Positions 1 through 11,689 of a DNA stretch of 64,000 nt are shown here, piece by piece. The position numbers and the translations under genes were made by a program. This DNA is from Heteronotia binoei. Its lineage: Eukaryota. Within the stretch, counting starts at the first letter, position 1. Each line of letters starts with the position of its first letter. Location: assembly GCF_032191835.1 (NCBI RefSeq), contig NC_083243.1:59520001-59584000 (forward strand), written 5' to 3'. The notes beneath the pieces are model-generated. The model did no database searches. It worked only from the letters and a program-made list of their open reading frames with translations, and was not told where the DNA came from.

Positions 1-2310
1 CCTCAGCTTTAAATTCACCTTCACTTTTTTGACATACTGAATTGCAATTTTTCACTTTAGCTTTTTTTATTCGTAATGATCAGTACTGTAAGGTATTTCT
101 CACATTAAATTCCTTAATGTATTGCTCTTCAATTACTTATTTCAATCAACACGTATTCTTTTCCCACAACCTGAAAGTAAACATGCTAAGTTACAACATG
201 CACCAATTCACTGCATTTGCATTCAAATGGGTTGATTTCCAATGTGATTGTTTCCTTCCACTTCTTCATGCTTCTAGCCTACTTGCACACTTGCAAAGAT
301 TTATCATGAAGCCTTTTTTTGGATGAAGTACCATCACCTCTTGTTCCAACCTTATTAGTTCTGGGAATGCAAGGAAGAACTGTACTCTTGCTTTTTCCAC
401 TGAGTTATCCCCATAACTACTTTATACTTTTACCTTCATATTTTAATGCAGAAGAATTTCATAAACACCAAGGATATAGAAACAATGTTCAGTTCGATCT
501 ACTACAAACACCCCTTGCGTGAACTGGAGTCATATCACTGGATCTGAAGTTTTTATATTTGCATCTCAGGTATGGTAGATCAGGGGTCCTCAACCCCTGG
601 GCCGTGGACAGGTACCAGGTCATGGCCTGTCCTTAACCAGGCCACCCAGTCTCACTGCCCCCCCCACGGCCCCATGTAGCCTCACTGCCCCCCACCCACA
701 CTGCCTCCTCTTCCTCCTCTTGCCGTTTTTACAATATTAAGGCTGGGGAAGGGGCCGTGAAGAGCCTTCCAGGCTCTGTAAAGGCCGACCTACTCCCCCG
801 CTGCTGATCACCTGATCAGTGAGGAAACTGCACGAAACTGCAGCAGCAGCCAGCTGACACTGAAAAAGCCACACAGCCGTTGTCTCCTTTCCACGGGCAG
901 CGTGGTTTTTTCAGCAGCCACTGGCCGCTGCTGCTAGTTTCACACTGTTTCCCTACCGATTAGGTGATGGGTGGTGGGGGGTCGGCCTTTACAGAGCCTG
1001 GAAGGTGCTTCATGGCCCCTTCCCCAACCTTAATATTGTAAAAACAGAGTGAGGAGGAGCGGGGGCAGGGCACCACAGCACCAGGGGAGGGGCAAAGTCA
1101 AATTCTGTGTCCCCACCCTGCCAGCCCTGGGACTGCGATGGGCCGGCCGGCCCTGGGGTCAAAAAGGTTGAGGACTGTGGTAGATCATTTGAACATTTTT
1201 GTAGATATAGGGCAAAAACGTCTTGTTAGAAGTTTGAAGAGCTGTCAGATTCCAATCAGATGTCCTTACTGACTGCATGTACAGAAGCATTGTTTCCACC
1301 ATTTCCACGTAAGTGCAACTGACTTTAAATACAAGTTCATGCTGTCCCCATTGACTAGTAAAGGGGCTCATTTCTTCCAAAGTTCAGTACAGATACCATT
1401 AAAGAACATTTTTCCTTGATTTCTCCATCATTACTCACAGTCCAAGCATCTTGAAACTGTTGTATGAATACTCATATAGTTTGCATTTATCCAGAGTTTC
1501 CTCTAGTACAGTTTTTCATGAAGCATATTGTAATATTTTAACATCGTTGCACTATCTATGGCCCTTCATTCATGTTTCCCTTCCAGAATCTTTATGGTTG
1601 ATGCTGGTATGTATAAATTACCTAAAATTCTGTGACACTAGTCTCCCTTTATGTATGTATGTCTTGTAACTGAATGATGATGAAGTGTACATCTCATTTT
1701 GGAAGCCATTTTTCTGCCAATCTGTTTGAGCCATCTCCAGCTGTTTTAATTATTTGTAGAGAGCCATATTGAGTGTTGCAGTAACCCTTTTACCTGCTCC
1801 AGCTATTGTAATGTTCAGTTTTTCAAGCTGCTACATGGCACAAAATTGTGCTGACCTAACAGAAGGTGACACAGGAATTGGGGACAACACTGACACTCTT
1901 ATGACAGGTTCTTTTTTTTTAATCGACAAGTGAATAACTAGGCTATGCTGGATGAGTTAACTGACTCATTTAATAGTTTCAGCATCAATATTGCCCTTAT
2001 AAAACCTGTCTAGTATGTGTAACCGTTCAAGCTAAACCCTTGAATTATCAAAAATCATCACTGAGTTGGACAACACACCTTCCAGTTAATAGGAATGGGA
2101 CAGTATTTTAGTTAGTAAGCTTTGCAAGGGTTGCTCATATAAGGTAGTTTACACTCCATATATTTTCATAATTGTCCCATGAAAAGGTTTTTTAAACTCT
2201 TTCAACGATGCTTTGGGGGGAAAAAATAAATCATCAACTGAACTTATTCTGGTTTATGCTAAGAGAAAGAAGGATACCATTATGGTCTTGCATTCTGTGC
2301 CAAATATTGG
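1..2310 (-). pseudogene. Decayed large DDE transposase, Academ-like (fossil DNA transposon), interrupted by a hAT MITE at 581-1177
   Basis: Manual minus-strand translation across stops and frameshifts gives, in order: HVATNIWHRMQDHNG..FSVDDL..KTFHGTIMKIY; VLSPIPVSP..GAGKRVTATLNMALYK*LKQLEMAQTDW; NLYIPASTIKILEGKHE*RAID; YVEMVETMLLYMQSVRTSDWNL..FLPY; SDPVI*LQFTQGVFVVDRTEHCFYILGVYEILLH*NMKVK; EKARVQFFLAFPELIRLEQE; INPFECKCSELVHVVT. This order matches motifs I recall for Academ-type transposases, and the frame resumes across the MITE TSD. The family name is from memory. Confidence 0.65.
581..1177. mobile_element. Non-autonomous hAT (Charlie-like TIR) MITE with a long internal palindrome
   Basis: TIRs CAGGGGTCCTCAACC / GGTTGAGGACTG (3-bp loss); perfect 8-bp TSD TGGTAGAT at 573-580 and 1178-1185; internal inverted arms spanning 725-1045. 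Confidence 0.9.
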
Positions 2311-2363
2311 TGGCAACATGTTAAGTTATAAAATGTGATTTTACTTAACATAATAACCTAAAC

Positions 2364-2562
2364 TAGGGCTTTTTTTGTAGACAAACCCCATCAGGAACTC
2401 ATTTGCATATTAGGCCACACCCCCTGACATCACCATGGTTTTGCGCGGGGCTTTTTTGGTAGACAACCCCATCAGGAACTCATTTGCATATTAGGCCACA
2501 CCCCCTGGCACCAAGCCAGCTGGAACTGCATTCCTCTGTGTTCCTGCTCAAAAAAAGGCCTG
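2364..2562. mobile_element. hAT-type MITE, AGGGCTTTTT family, with internal tandem duplication
   Basis: TIRs TAGGGCTTTTTTT / AAAAAAAGGCCTG; perfect 8-bp TSD ACCTAAAC (2356-2363, 2563-2570); the 5' module with ATTTGCATATTAGGCCACACCC occurs twice. Confidence 0.85.
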
Positions 2563-2844
2563 ACCTAAACCATGGATTAGTTGTACTAGCCTGATGCTAC
2601 ATATAGAACACCTGAAGAGGTAAGTCATGCTTCAGGTAAAAATTATAAAGTACTTTATTCTTAACTTGCCTCTATTCCACATCAACGTTTGCAATAGTAC
2701 TTTTGCACTCATATCAATACATCTAATTTAACATAGCCCCATCTATGGATAACTAAATCTGGAGACTGGGACCATACTCAGATGAACCAGGTCTTTTTAC
2801 AAACTTGAAAAAAGTCCCAGCCTTACAGAAAAACACTGAAACCT

Positions 2845-3065
2845 AAGAAAGACAGGTTGCTTACCTGTAACTGTAGATCTTCAAGTGGTCATCTGTGCAT
2901 TCACACTCATGGGATATAGTGCCTGCACCGATTCCCCGAATCGGTACCTAAAAAGCCTGGGATTTTTTCACACTGGGCACCAGTGAGCATGCGCAGGCGT
3001 CCCAGTACGCATGCTCACTGGAGCCAGCATGAGGATCCCACCAGTTCCTTCTTGACTGCTGGAAG
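2845..3065. repeat. DIRS right ITR with right extension (rE)
   Basis: About 2900-3060 is the reverse complement of about 8410-8585; about 2851-2907 is complementary to ICR positions 3111-3168. Confidence 0.9.
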
Positions 3066-3110
3066 CCCCTAACATAGGGAAACCGTCAGCAGTGGGGAAG
3101 GAGGGCGGGT

Positions 3111-3205
3111 AGTGTGAATGCACAGATGACCACTCAAAGATCTATAGTTACAGGTAAGCAACCTGTCTATCTTCTTTGTGGTCTCTGTGCTTCACACTCA
3201 TGGGA
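3111..3205. repeat. DIRS internal complementary region (ICR)
   Basis: First half pairs with the right extension, second half with the outer end of the left ITR; it spells the circle-junction sequence ACCTGTCTATCTTCTTTGTGG. Confidence 0.9.
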
Positions 3206-3243
3206 GATTAGCAAGCAAGACATACCTGGAGGTGGGAAGACGG

Positions 3244-4280
3244 TCAACCAGAAGAGACAGCTTGAAACACCGCAGCTCCCAGACAGGTCCTCTGCTGAGC
3301 ATGCACATCCAGAGCGTAATGCTTCATGAAAGCATGTGGAGAGGACCAGGTAGCAGCCTTGCACACGTCCGTCAGGGAAACGCCTTTCAGGAACGCCACT
3401 GACGTTGCCATCGCTCTAGTAGAGTGTCCACGAATGGCCCAGGCAACGGCTTCTTTGCCAGCAGGTAGCACAGTTTGATGGTCTCAGTGAGCCACTTTGA
3501 AAGCCGCTGAGATGAAATTCTGGAGCCCAACTTAGGAGCAGCATAAGAAACAAAAAGATGCTAGTCCTGATGAAAACTCTTAGAACGACTCAAATAAAAC
3601 AATAACGCACGCTTAACATCCAAAGCGTGCCACCGACGTTCCTCATCCGAGGAAGGCGTGGGATAAAACGTGGGTAACCAAACGTCCAACTTAAGGTGAA
3701 ACTGGGAAACCACATTGGGAAGAAAAGAAACATCAGGAGCCCACGACACTCCAGACTCCTGAATAACTAAGTATGGGTAGTCACAACGCATAGCCATGAG
3801 CTCCCCTACACAGCATGCAGATGTGATTGTTACCAAAAAGGCAGTCTTCAAAGACAGAAGCTGTAGCAAACATGTTGCCGTTGGCTCAAAGGGATGCCGA
3901 GTCAACCTGTCCAACACTAAAGTCAAATCCCACAACTGTGGGGGTGACCTTGATGGAGGATACAATCTGAGCAGACCCTTTAGAAACCTCTTCAAATGAG
4001 GGTGCGCAAAAACTGAATGCCCCTCCACTGACTCATGGTACACTGATATTGCTGATAAATAAACTTTAACAGAAGAAAAGGAAAGTCCAGCATCCACCAG
4101 AGATAACAGAAATTCAAAAATCACCGATAGCCTCATCCATTGGGGTGAGACTGCAGGGTCAGCCAAAAACTGAAGAAACTTCCCCCACTTCCTGTCATAG
4201 GAAGTACGGGTACACAACTTCCTACTCTTTAGGAAGATGTGTTGGACTCTGCTGGAGAACTCACAAGGTCGATGAACCAC
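3244..4280 (-). pseudogene. DIRS tyrosine recombinase, split by a frameshift
   Basis: ORFs 3561-4280 and 3244-3471; motifs LKTAFLVTITSACCVGEL (catalytic Arg position now Cys), GHSTRAMATS, ATWSSPHAFMKHY. Confidence 0.9.
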
Positions 4281-6110
4281 ACCATCAACTTCAGGTGAGG
4301 CATGTTGTGATGGAACATGTGACCGTCCTGGGCTGACAGAAGGTCCAGTTCCACCGGAAACTGATAAAGAACCCCCCTCGCTAGTTGAAGCAAGATCGGG
4401 AACCAGTTCTGCCTAGGCCACCATGGTGTCACTAGGATGCAGTGTGGCCTTTCTCTTGCAATTTTGTTGACAACTCTTGTCAGCAGTGGCAGAGGCGGAA
4501 ACAGGTATAGGAACCAGTCGTTCCATGGGAACATCAGGCCGTCTCCCAATGATTCTGGATCCATGCCCCCCCGGAACAGAACAGAGGACACTTCCGATTG
4601 CTGGCTGTGGCAAACACATCCACCTGAGGATACCCCCAGAGCTGAAACACAGGTTGAAGGAAGCGCCACTGTATCTCCCACTCGTGCGGAGATGCTGCTC
4701 CTCTGCTCAATGAGTCCGCCTGCAGATTGAGCACCCCTGGAAGGTGTGCAGCCTTTACGGAGATGTTGTGCTCCAGGCACTCCATCCACAGTTCTAATGC
4801 TAGAGCACAGAGCCGTTGAGAAACTGTCCCGCCCTGCCTGTTGACATAACAAAGGGCTGTAGTATTGTCCGTCACAGGGCCACCGCCTTCCCCGCCACCA
4901 TAGGACAGAAAGACCGAAGGGTGAAATGAACTGCCAACAGTTCAAGATAGTTGATATGGTAATGATTCAACTGCAGAGGCCAAGGGCCCCCCCACACACA
5001 GAGTCCATGTGAGCACCCCAGCCCCACAAAGACGCATCTGTGGTAATCGTCACTGTTGTTACAGGTAGGTGGAAGGGAGCTCCCTGACAGATGTTATCTC
5101 TGGATTTCCACCATTGCAGGGACCAGAGGATCAAGGGTGGAATTGTGAACCTCTTCTGAGGTGAGTCCCGTAAAGGCCGAAACTGTCTGAGAAACCAAGG
5201 TTGAAGACCTCTCAGCAGCATGCTTGTAGTCGCCGCCATCAGCCCCAGCATCCGCTGTAGCTGCTGTGCCATGCCCTATTTCCAACTCTGTAAAAGATTT
5301 ACAAGATTGATAATGTCCATCACTCTCTGCTGAGGCAGAAAAGCGTGGTGAAGGCTTTTGTCCAGCAAGGTCCCTATAAACTGAACTGTCCATGATGATG
5401 TAAGATGAGACTTTGTCATGTTGACCTGCAGACCTAAGGTGTGAAGAAGACGAAGAGTAGTTGCGATATGGCCGGATAGACGTTCTTCTGACTCCGTCAC
5501 AAGGAGCCAGTCGTCGATATATGGAAAGATGACTATACCTTGAAGCCAGAGATGTGCGACTACAACACTCATCATATTGGTGAACACCTGTGGTGCAGTG
5601 CACAGGCCAAATGGAAAGGCTTTGTACTGGAAGTGGTTGGAACCTATTGCAAAACAAAGGAAATGCCTGTACGCCAGGTGGATGCTGACGTGGAAGTAGG
5701 CATCCTTGAGATCCAACGTTGCCATCCAATCCCCTTGGTTGATGAGAGGAAGGATTGTTTGCAGAGTGGACATTTTGAATTTCTGGTACACGATGAACTT
5801 GTTCAGATTCCAAAGGTCCATAATTGGTCTCAATACCCCATCTCGTTTGGGAACCAGGAAATAACGAGAGTAGAACGCCCCCGTTCTGGCCTCTACTGGG
5901 ACCGGTTCTATGGCTTGTTTCTGCAAGAGGTTCCTCACCTCCGCCAGCAGAGGTGGGGAAGGGGGTGTGGTGACAATCACTAACTGTCGGAACCTGAACG
6001 AAGTCCCTCTTGTATCCTTCTGCTATGATGGAAAGAGCCCACCTGTCTGTGGAGATGGACTCCCAAGCCGGAAGGTATTGACGAAGGCAGATGAGTGATG
6101 AAAGAGGGGC
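4229..6110 (-). pseudogene. DIRS RT / RNase H / adenine-methyltransferase-like ORF, frameshifted
   Basis: YSRYFLVPKRDG, LDLKDAYFH, FPFGLCTAP, YIDDWL (5276-5980); TTDASLWGWG (4967-5272); TDNTTALCYVNRQGGT and VDVFATASNRK (4534-4875); YLFPP..LVTPWWPRQNW (4229-4945). Confidence 0.92.
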
Positions 6111-6229
6111 GGCAATGCGTGCTACCGAAAAGTCAAAGGCCCTGCTTCTGTGGGCGAGCACCCTTAGATTTGCCAGTGGTTTGGGATGCTGAAGCAAACC
6201 TGTTTTTATTGTTTCCCCTATAGGGAGAC

Positions 6230-8293
6230 CTACTCTGGTTGGGAAGAGCGAGGTCCCCAAGGCTGGTCGGGGGAGAATTTTTGGTAGGGCCTCTTGGGCC
6301 AAGATTTATGCCACTGCTTAGGTTTGCCTGCCCTAGAGGAGGCCGGGACACCCAGGTTTCTTAAGGTCTTTATACTTTTGTCCATCTCTTGGAGGATACT
6401 GTTGGTGGTTGAACTGAAAAGACCTTCACCTTCGAAAGGCAGGTCTTCAACAAAGGCCTTGGTGTCAGGCTGAAGAGCTGTGGATCTTAGCCAAGAGTGA
6501 CGGCATAGGGAGACAGCAGAAATGATGGTTTTTGCCGATCCGTCCACCATGTGCTTTGCTGAAGCCAGTTGTTGCTTGGCCACAGCAAAGCCCTCCTAAA
6601 TGCAGCTTCCTAAATGAAGATCTCTTCTCCTCGCTCAGGGAGGACAAAAGGGGTGTGAGCTGCTCCCAAATTGAGTATTGGTAGCGGGCCATGAGCGCGA
6701 CGTTATTAGAGACCTTTATTCCCAATGCTCCTGCTGAATAAAATTTCCTTCCTGCATTATCCAATTTCTTGCCCTCTTTGTCAGGTGGGGAAGAATGAGT
6801 CTTGCGCGTGCCTTAGATGATGAGGAGACCACCACCGAGTTGGGCTTGGTGTGGGAGAACAAAAACTCAGCACCAGCCTCCTGGACCTGATACATATGGT
6901 CCAGTCTCTGGGAAGAAATAGGTGTAGATGCCGGTTTCGCCCAAGGCTCCTTCACCGCCTGCAGGATAACTTTTGTCATAGGCAGGGCCACAGCCATCGA
7001 TGTGTCCCTCTGCATAATATCGAAGACCGTGTCATTGACAACTGGCTGCCATTGAACCACTGTGAGCAAGAGGGAGTGTGCCATTCGCTTCACCAGGTCC
7101 CCATAAGACTTCAGATCTTCCGATGGAGATATGGGAAGATTCTCAGCAATATGTGACTCTGGCAAAGGTTCCACCGCTCTGTCAGGGTCATCAGTACTGA
7201 CCTCGGAGTCTGATGACAAGGAGTCTCTTCTCACAGAGTGCTTGGAGAGTATCGGAGTCGAAGCTCGCTCAGATGACTGCAGAGATACCGACGACTGCAC
7301 CTTCACTTCCTCCACTCTCTCTTTGTGTCTCTCGGGAGGGATCGACACTGATGACGAAGCTCGCTGCCTTGAGTGATGGGGAACTCTTGAAAGATGAGAG
7401 GCTTCTGACCGCTGATCCCATTCGGGGAAGTCACGTGGAGGGTACCACTGGTATGGCGGGTACCGGTAACCGTAAGAGCAAGGCCACTGACGTTGATCTC
7501 CTGGAAGAAGTGGTAGGAAGCGTCGAACCATAGCAGCTGGTTCCAGCTCTCTTCTTCCCATAGTCGGTGCGAGAGGTGCCAGGGGTTCGTTCATCAGGTC
7601 TATCTTCTGCTCCGATCCCAACAGGCGGATCAGCTGCGAAGCTCTGCTTCTTGACACCGAAGGACTCCTTGGATGTGGAGACGCCAGGATCTTCCAGGGT
7701 GGAGCAGCTTGCGTCGATACCGAAACATCCTGAGAAGGAGAAGGAATGTGGGAAAGTCTGTCCTTTCGCTTCTCCTTCAACTTCTTCGGGAGGGACGATC
7801 AGGTCCCCAAATCGTCCCGACGTTTCTTGGCCGGAGTCACCACTAACCCTTCAGAGGGGCGTTTCGTGGGTCAGCCTCGCTCGATCGGCATATCGGTCTG
7901 TATCGGTGACAATGGATCGACCGATGTAACCGTCGGAGCTGGGGTGGCTTCCCCCATCGATGCTGATGGGCCCGTTGCCATTTTCGGCAGATGAAGAGCC
8001 GATTCCACAAGTGGTGCCGATAGCCTTGCCGCCTGGTTTTTGCGGGTTTCCTTTGAGAAGCTCAAGCAATGTAGGCACGAATTGACACGATGTCCCTCGC
8101 CCAGGCACAGTAAGCAGAGGGAGTGACTGTCAGGAGGTGCAGTTTTGCTACTACACTTGCGGCAATGTTTAAAAGAAACCCAACGCCTTTCCATAGGCAC
8201 TGGAACCCACACAGAACGATTTCTGAGGGAATTGGGGGGGGGAAATAAAGCCCCGAAGGGCAAAGTCCAACCACAACAGTCTTTTTTTCCCAA
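6230..8293 (-). pseudogene. DIRS gag-like ORF1 with N-terminal Cys/His finger, frameshifted
   Basis: CRKC..H..CLLCLGEGH..CLHC in 7871-8293; pieces 6716-7780, 6465-6764 and 6230-6583 (RHSWLRSTAL, VEDLPFEGEGLF) match the second DIRS copy. Confidence 0.85.
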
Positions 8294-8409
8294 ACAACAA
8301 TAACTATGTATAACTAATTAACTATTAACTAAGAAAACAACAAACGGGCTATATCAACAAGAAAAATCCAAAGGATTACAGTACCGACCGGAGCAAACGA
8401 AAGGAGATC

Positions 8410-8601
8410 CTCTCAGCGCAGCGGTCAAAAAGGAACTGGCGGAATCCTCGCACTGGCTCCAGTGAGCATGCGTATTGGGATGCCTGTGTATGCTCACTGG
8501 TGCCGGGCATGAAAAAATCCCGGGCTTTTTAGGTACTGATTCGGGGGATCGGCGCAGGCGCTATATCCCATGAGTGTGAAGCACAGAGACTACGAAGAAG
8601 A
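8410..8601. repeat. DIRS left ITR
   Basis: Reverse complement of the right ITR; differences are mostly CpG-type transitions. Confidence 0.9.
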
Positions 8602-8839
8602 TCAAGCACATACATAACAAAACACTGGAGGAATAAAACCCAACCGAATGATAGAAACAGCCGCTGTACCTTTAAGAAATGGGCGGCCTTTGAGTCTCAG
8701 TGGCTATTGTGGGAATTGCTAGGCAACCATAATGATATTGCCTGCCTTCAAACCTTAGTTTCTGTTAGTAAAATGCAGGAGGAGAGGCCTTTCTAGAGTT
8801 ATTTTGCTCTCCCAGTCCACACCTTTTTCTTTCCCTCCT

Positions 8840-9626
8840 GCTCTGGAGGGAGGACTCACCAGGGCCAGGCCCAACTATGGGTCAACTTGCTATCATGCAA
8901 TTTATACTCAATCAAGTGAGGCATTCATTATAACTTGATACACAACTCACTTGGACACAGCAACACCCTCCATACAACTCATATTACTTTGCAGGGCTCA
9001 GTGATGGCTATCTTGTGTTTTGTACACATACCTGGTCAAGTTTCTACTAGACTTGTGCCCTTAGGCCTGGATTGTGAGACATACACTGGAGCTGGAAGCA
9101 AGAAGCCAAAACATAGGGATTATGCCATATGACCCAATTTATGCAGCAAGGAGCTTTCCCAAGCTTCAGCCTAAAAAGGCTGGAAGGTAACCAGGATCAG
9201 CTGCACTGCTGGCAGGTGCTAAAAGTCCTGTGGCTGCACTGTAGTTTGGCCACGATCCTGTAAAGAAGTATTGTTCTTACTGCATAGCTGACATGGTGTT
9301 GCATGCAGCTAATCTGACACTTCACCTGCTTTGGACCATCTTGGCCCAGACTTTCTGCTGCTGCCATTCATGTAGAGTGGGAACAGGTCCTGGGGGACTA
9401 TGGGCCAGGATTTGTGGATGCCTGGTGGCCCTCTTGGGGACTGATGTTGAGGACTCTCTTACAGACTCTGACAGGATGCCCTCTGGTGTTGCTGGGACAG
9501 TGTCAGCTGGCATCTCTGTGATATTAGGTTCTTCTGGGTCCTGCTGGTCCTCCTTTCTCAGGGGCCTTGGGTTCTTTGGTTTCTTCCACCGAGGACTTGC
9601 TGAGCTGGTCAGAGGGGGTCATGACA
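8840..9626 (-). mobile_element. Possible LTR-like remnant
   Basis: Minus strand opens TGTCATGACC and carries a Pro/Glu-rich reading ending ..KMVQSR*SVRLAA, like ends of squamate Gypsy elements; the left boundary and TSD are not established. Confidence 0.3.
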
Positions 9627-9733
9627 GTGGCCACTATACAATTTGCCTAAGCAATTTGCTACTGAATTACTTTTGTAACTGATCAGACTTTTCTTAGGGA
9701 GAAGCTGCCAGAGGAAGGGATGGAGGAAGGCCT

Positions 9734-9955
9734 GAGAGGCAGTATGGTGTGATGGTTAGAGCATCACGTTAGGATCTGGAAGACTCAGGTTCAAATCACC
9801 ACTCTGCCATGGAAGCTTGCTGGGTGACCTTCAGTCGGTCACACTCTCTCAGCCTCACAGGATTGTTGAGAAGATAGAATGGAGGAGTGGAAAATGATAT
9901 AATGTACCTTTGAGGAGAAAGGTAGGGTATAATTGACATAAGAAAATAAATAATG
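9734..9955 (+). mobile_element. tRNA-derived SINE (Squam3/MIR-like)
   Basis: A-box TGGTGTGATGG, B-box GGTTCAAATC, core GCTGGGTGACCTT, AT-rich tail. Confidence 0.8.
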
Positions 9956-10270
9956 TTGAAGGCTGGGAGGGGGGGCAAATTAAAGAAAAGGTTGTTTTTC
10001 CTTTTCTTTAATTTACCAGAAAGATCTGGTAACAGGGAGAGAAACTGGAGATAAACTGTGGGAAAGAGGATGCAGGAGGAACTATAATGACCTCTTCAGC
10101 TTTCTATAGGTTCCCCATTTGACTATATTTATTTTCCTTTAAATTCTGATTTGAGTTTTGTCTTTCCTTTCCATTTGAAGAATATTTTCTCAGTATCATT
10201 TAATTTTCATATCTGGACAGTGACATTACAATATTATTCCTTGGAGGGTGTTTGCGGCTTTGTATAAGAC

Positions 10271-10388
10271 CAGGGCTTTTTTTGTGGAAAAAGCCCAGCA
10301 GGGACCATTTGCATATTAGGCCACACCCCTGACATGCCAGCCAGAATTGCATTCCTGTGCGTTCCTGCCAAAAAAACCCAAACCCCTG
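10271..10388. mobile_element. hAT-type MITE, AGGGCTTTTT family
   Basis: Same sequence family as 2364-2562; degenerate TSD TATAAGAC / TGTAAGAA. Confidence 0.8.
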
Positions 10389-11689
10389 TGTAAGAATGTG
10401 AACTGCCTTACCATGTATTTAACTAAGAAAGTATTTTTCTGGACTTCACAGATTTCCTTTCATTATGGCATTTTGGATATAAAAAATCCAGTGCCTCATC
10501 TACTAGTTCCAGTTCGCTTATCTGTTTAGCTGCCCACATTTCTGAATATTATAGGCAATTAAATAAAAGTTTCATTTGATAACACACAACCTTGTATCTG
10601 GTGTGATTTTAGAAAAATAAAAAATGCCATTAAACTGAATCAACAGATGGAATTTTATTTTAGTTAATTTTCCTCTGAAAAATTCTAGTAGCACAGTTGT
10701 GAACAGAGTTAAGCCCTTCTATGCTCATTGACTTAAATGAATTTAGAAGGGTGTAATTCTATTTAGGACTGCAGTGAAAGTCACTTGCCATTGAAATCTA
10801 TAATCTTCATGGTCCAATAAATAAATTTATATTTTACTCCTCCGCTTGTAACACTGAGAGCAATCTTATAAATATTTACTTTGAAGAAAGTTCCAGTAAA
10901 CATAGGAGAACTTCTGAGTAGCTATACCTAGAATTGAGCTGCAACAGGCTCATTTGCTGATAGTGGGATCTGAAACAGCAAGGGTTATGCTACTTCAAGA
11001 TCAAATTCAAAATTAGATTATTCAACTACACAAGTCATACTAAAACCAAGGCACTTGCAAATGCAAATAGCAACTATCAGGATAACTCTGATGTATATAA
11101 ATGCTTGTGATGATTATGGAAGCATGGATTGACTCTTTAATTCACTGGGACAGTTCCACATGGTGGTCCTTCCAGAAAGGATGGCCAGGCCATCAGTTAT
11201 ATAAATAAAAGCCCAACCGTGATGGCAATTCTGAAGATTTTCATTCGTTAGATGAAGCTTACACAGGATTGGCTCACACTGTCTCTGCCATGCCATTGGC
11301 TGATTCTGCTCTCCCCGCCCACTGCAAGCCCCATCAGGCAATAACTCCAGCATAAGCCCACTGACCTTCGAGAGAGACAGTTCTCTGCTGACAGGGGGCT
11401 TCCTGATCAGCATGGCCTCTCCTCAGTGCCTGTTGTAGGAAGTCCAGGACAGTCCGTCTGAGAGTGGGCAAGGAGGTGCAAGGGTGTAAAACAGGGGGGG
11501 AAATTGTGGTCCCCAGACCGCCCCTCAGCCATGGGCCTGTGCTCATGAGAAAACAGCAGGGTTCCTTCTCTTCAACTGAGGCAAAAGGAATGTTCATTCA
11601 CAGCAGGGAGGGACCCTTTCCACCTGCCAATGCTCTTCACTCTTTCTATTCCAATTAGGCTACAGTGAGCTCATATGACAGAATGGACT

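Larger units (their letters stand above)
2845..8601 (-). mobile_element. Full-length DIRS1-group tyrosine-recombinase retrotransposon (degenerate ORFs)
   Basis: gag, RT, RNase H, methyltransferase-like and YR coding segments in canonical order; inverted terminal repeats; ICR complementary to both ends; AAGA core shared at both junctions (2845-2848, 8598-8601) and no classical TSD. Confidence 0.95.

Noticed and set aside
4229-4875. Adenine methyltransferase-like domain as a novel or horizontally acquired bacterial gene
   Set aside because: An established component of DIRS1-group pol ORFs; present in both copies at the expected position.
4437-7929. Plus-strand ORFs over DIRS copy 1 (e.g. 5540-5983, 7567-7929) and similar ones over copy 2, CR1 and L2
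   Set aside because: Antisense shadows of GC-balanced coding sequence with no recognisable domains.
9293-9682. 129-aa plus-strand ORF as a host gene
   Set aside because: No motifs, and it overlaps a probable LTR-like remnant on the other strand.
10020-10028. Plus-strand 9-nt microexon-like pattern CAG|AAAGATCTG|GTAACA
   Set aside because: Weak donor and no UGC; kept as a reminder that such patterns arise by chance, which caps confidence in the minus-strand set.
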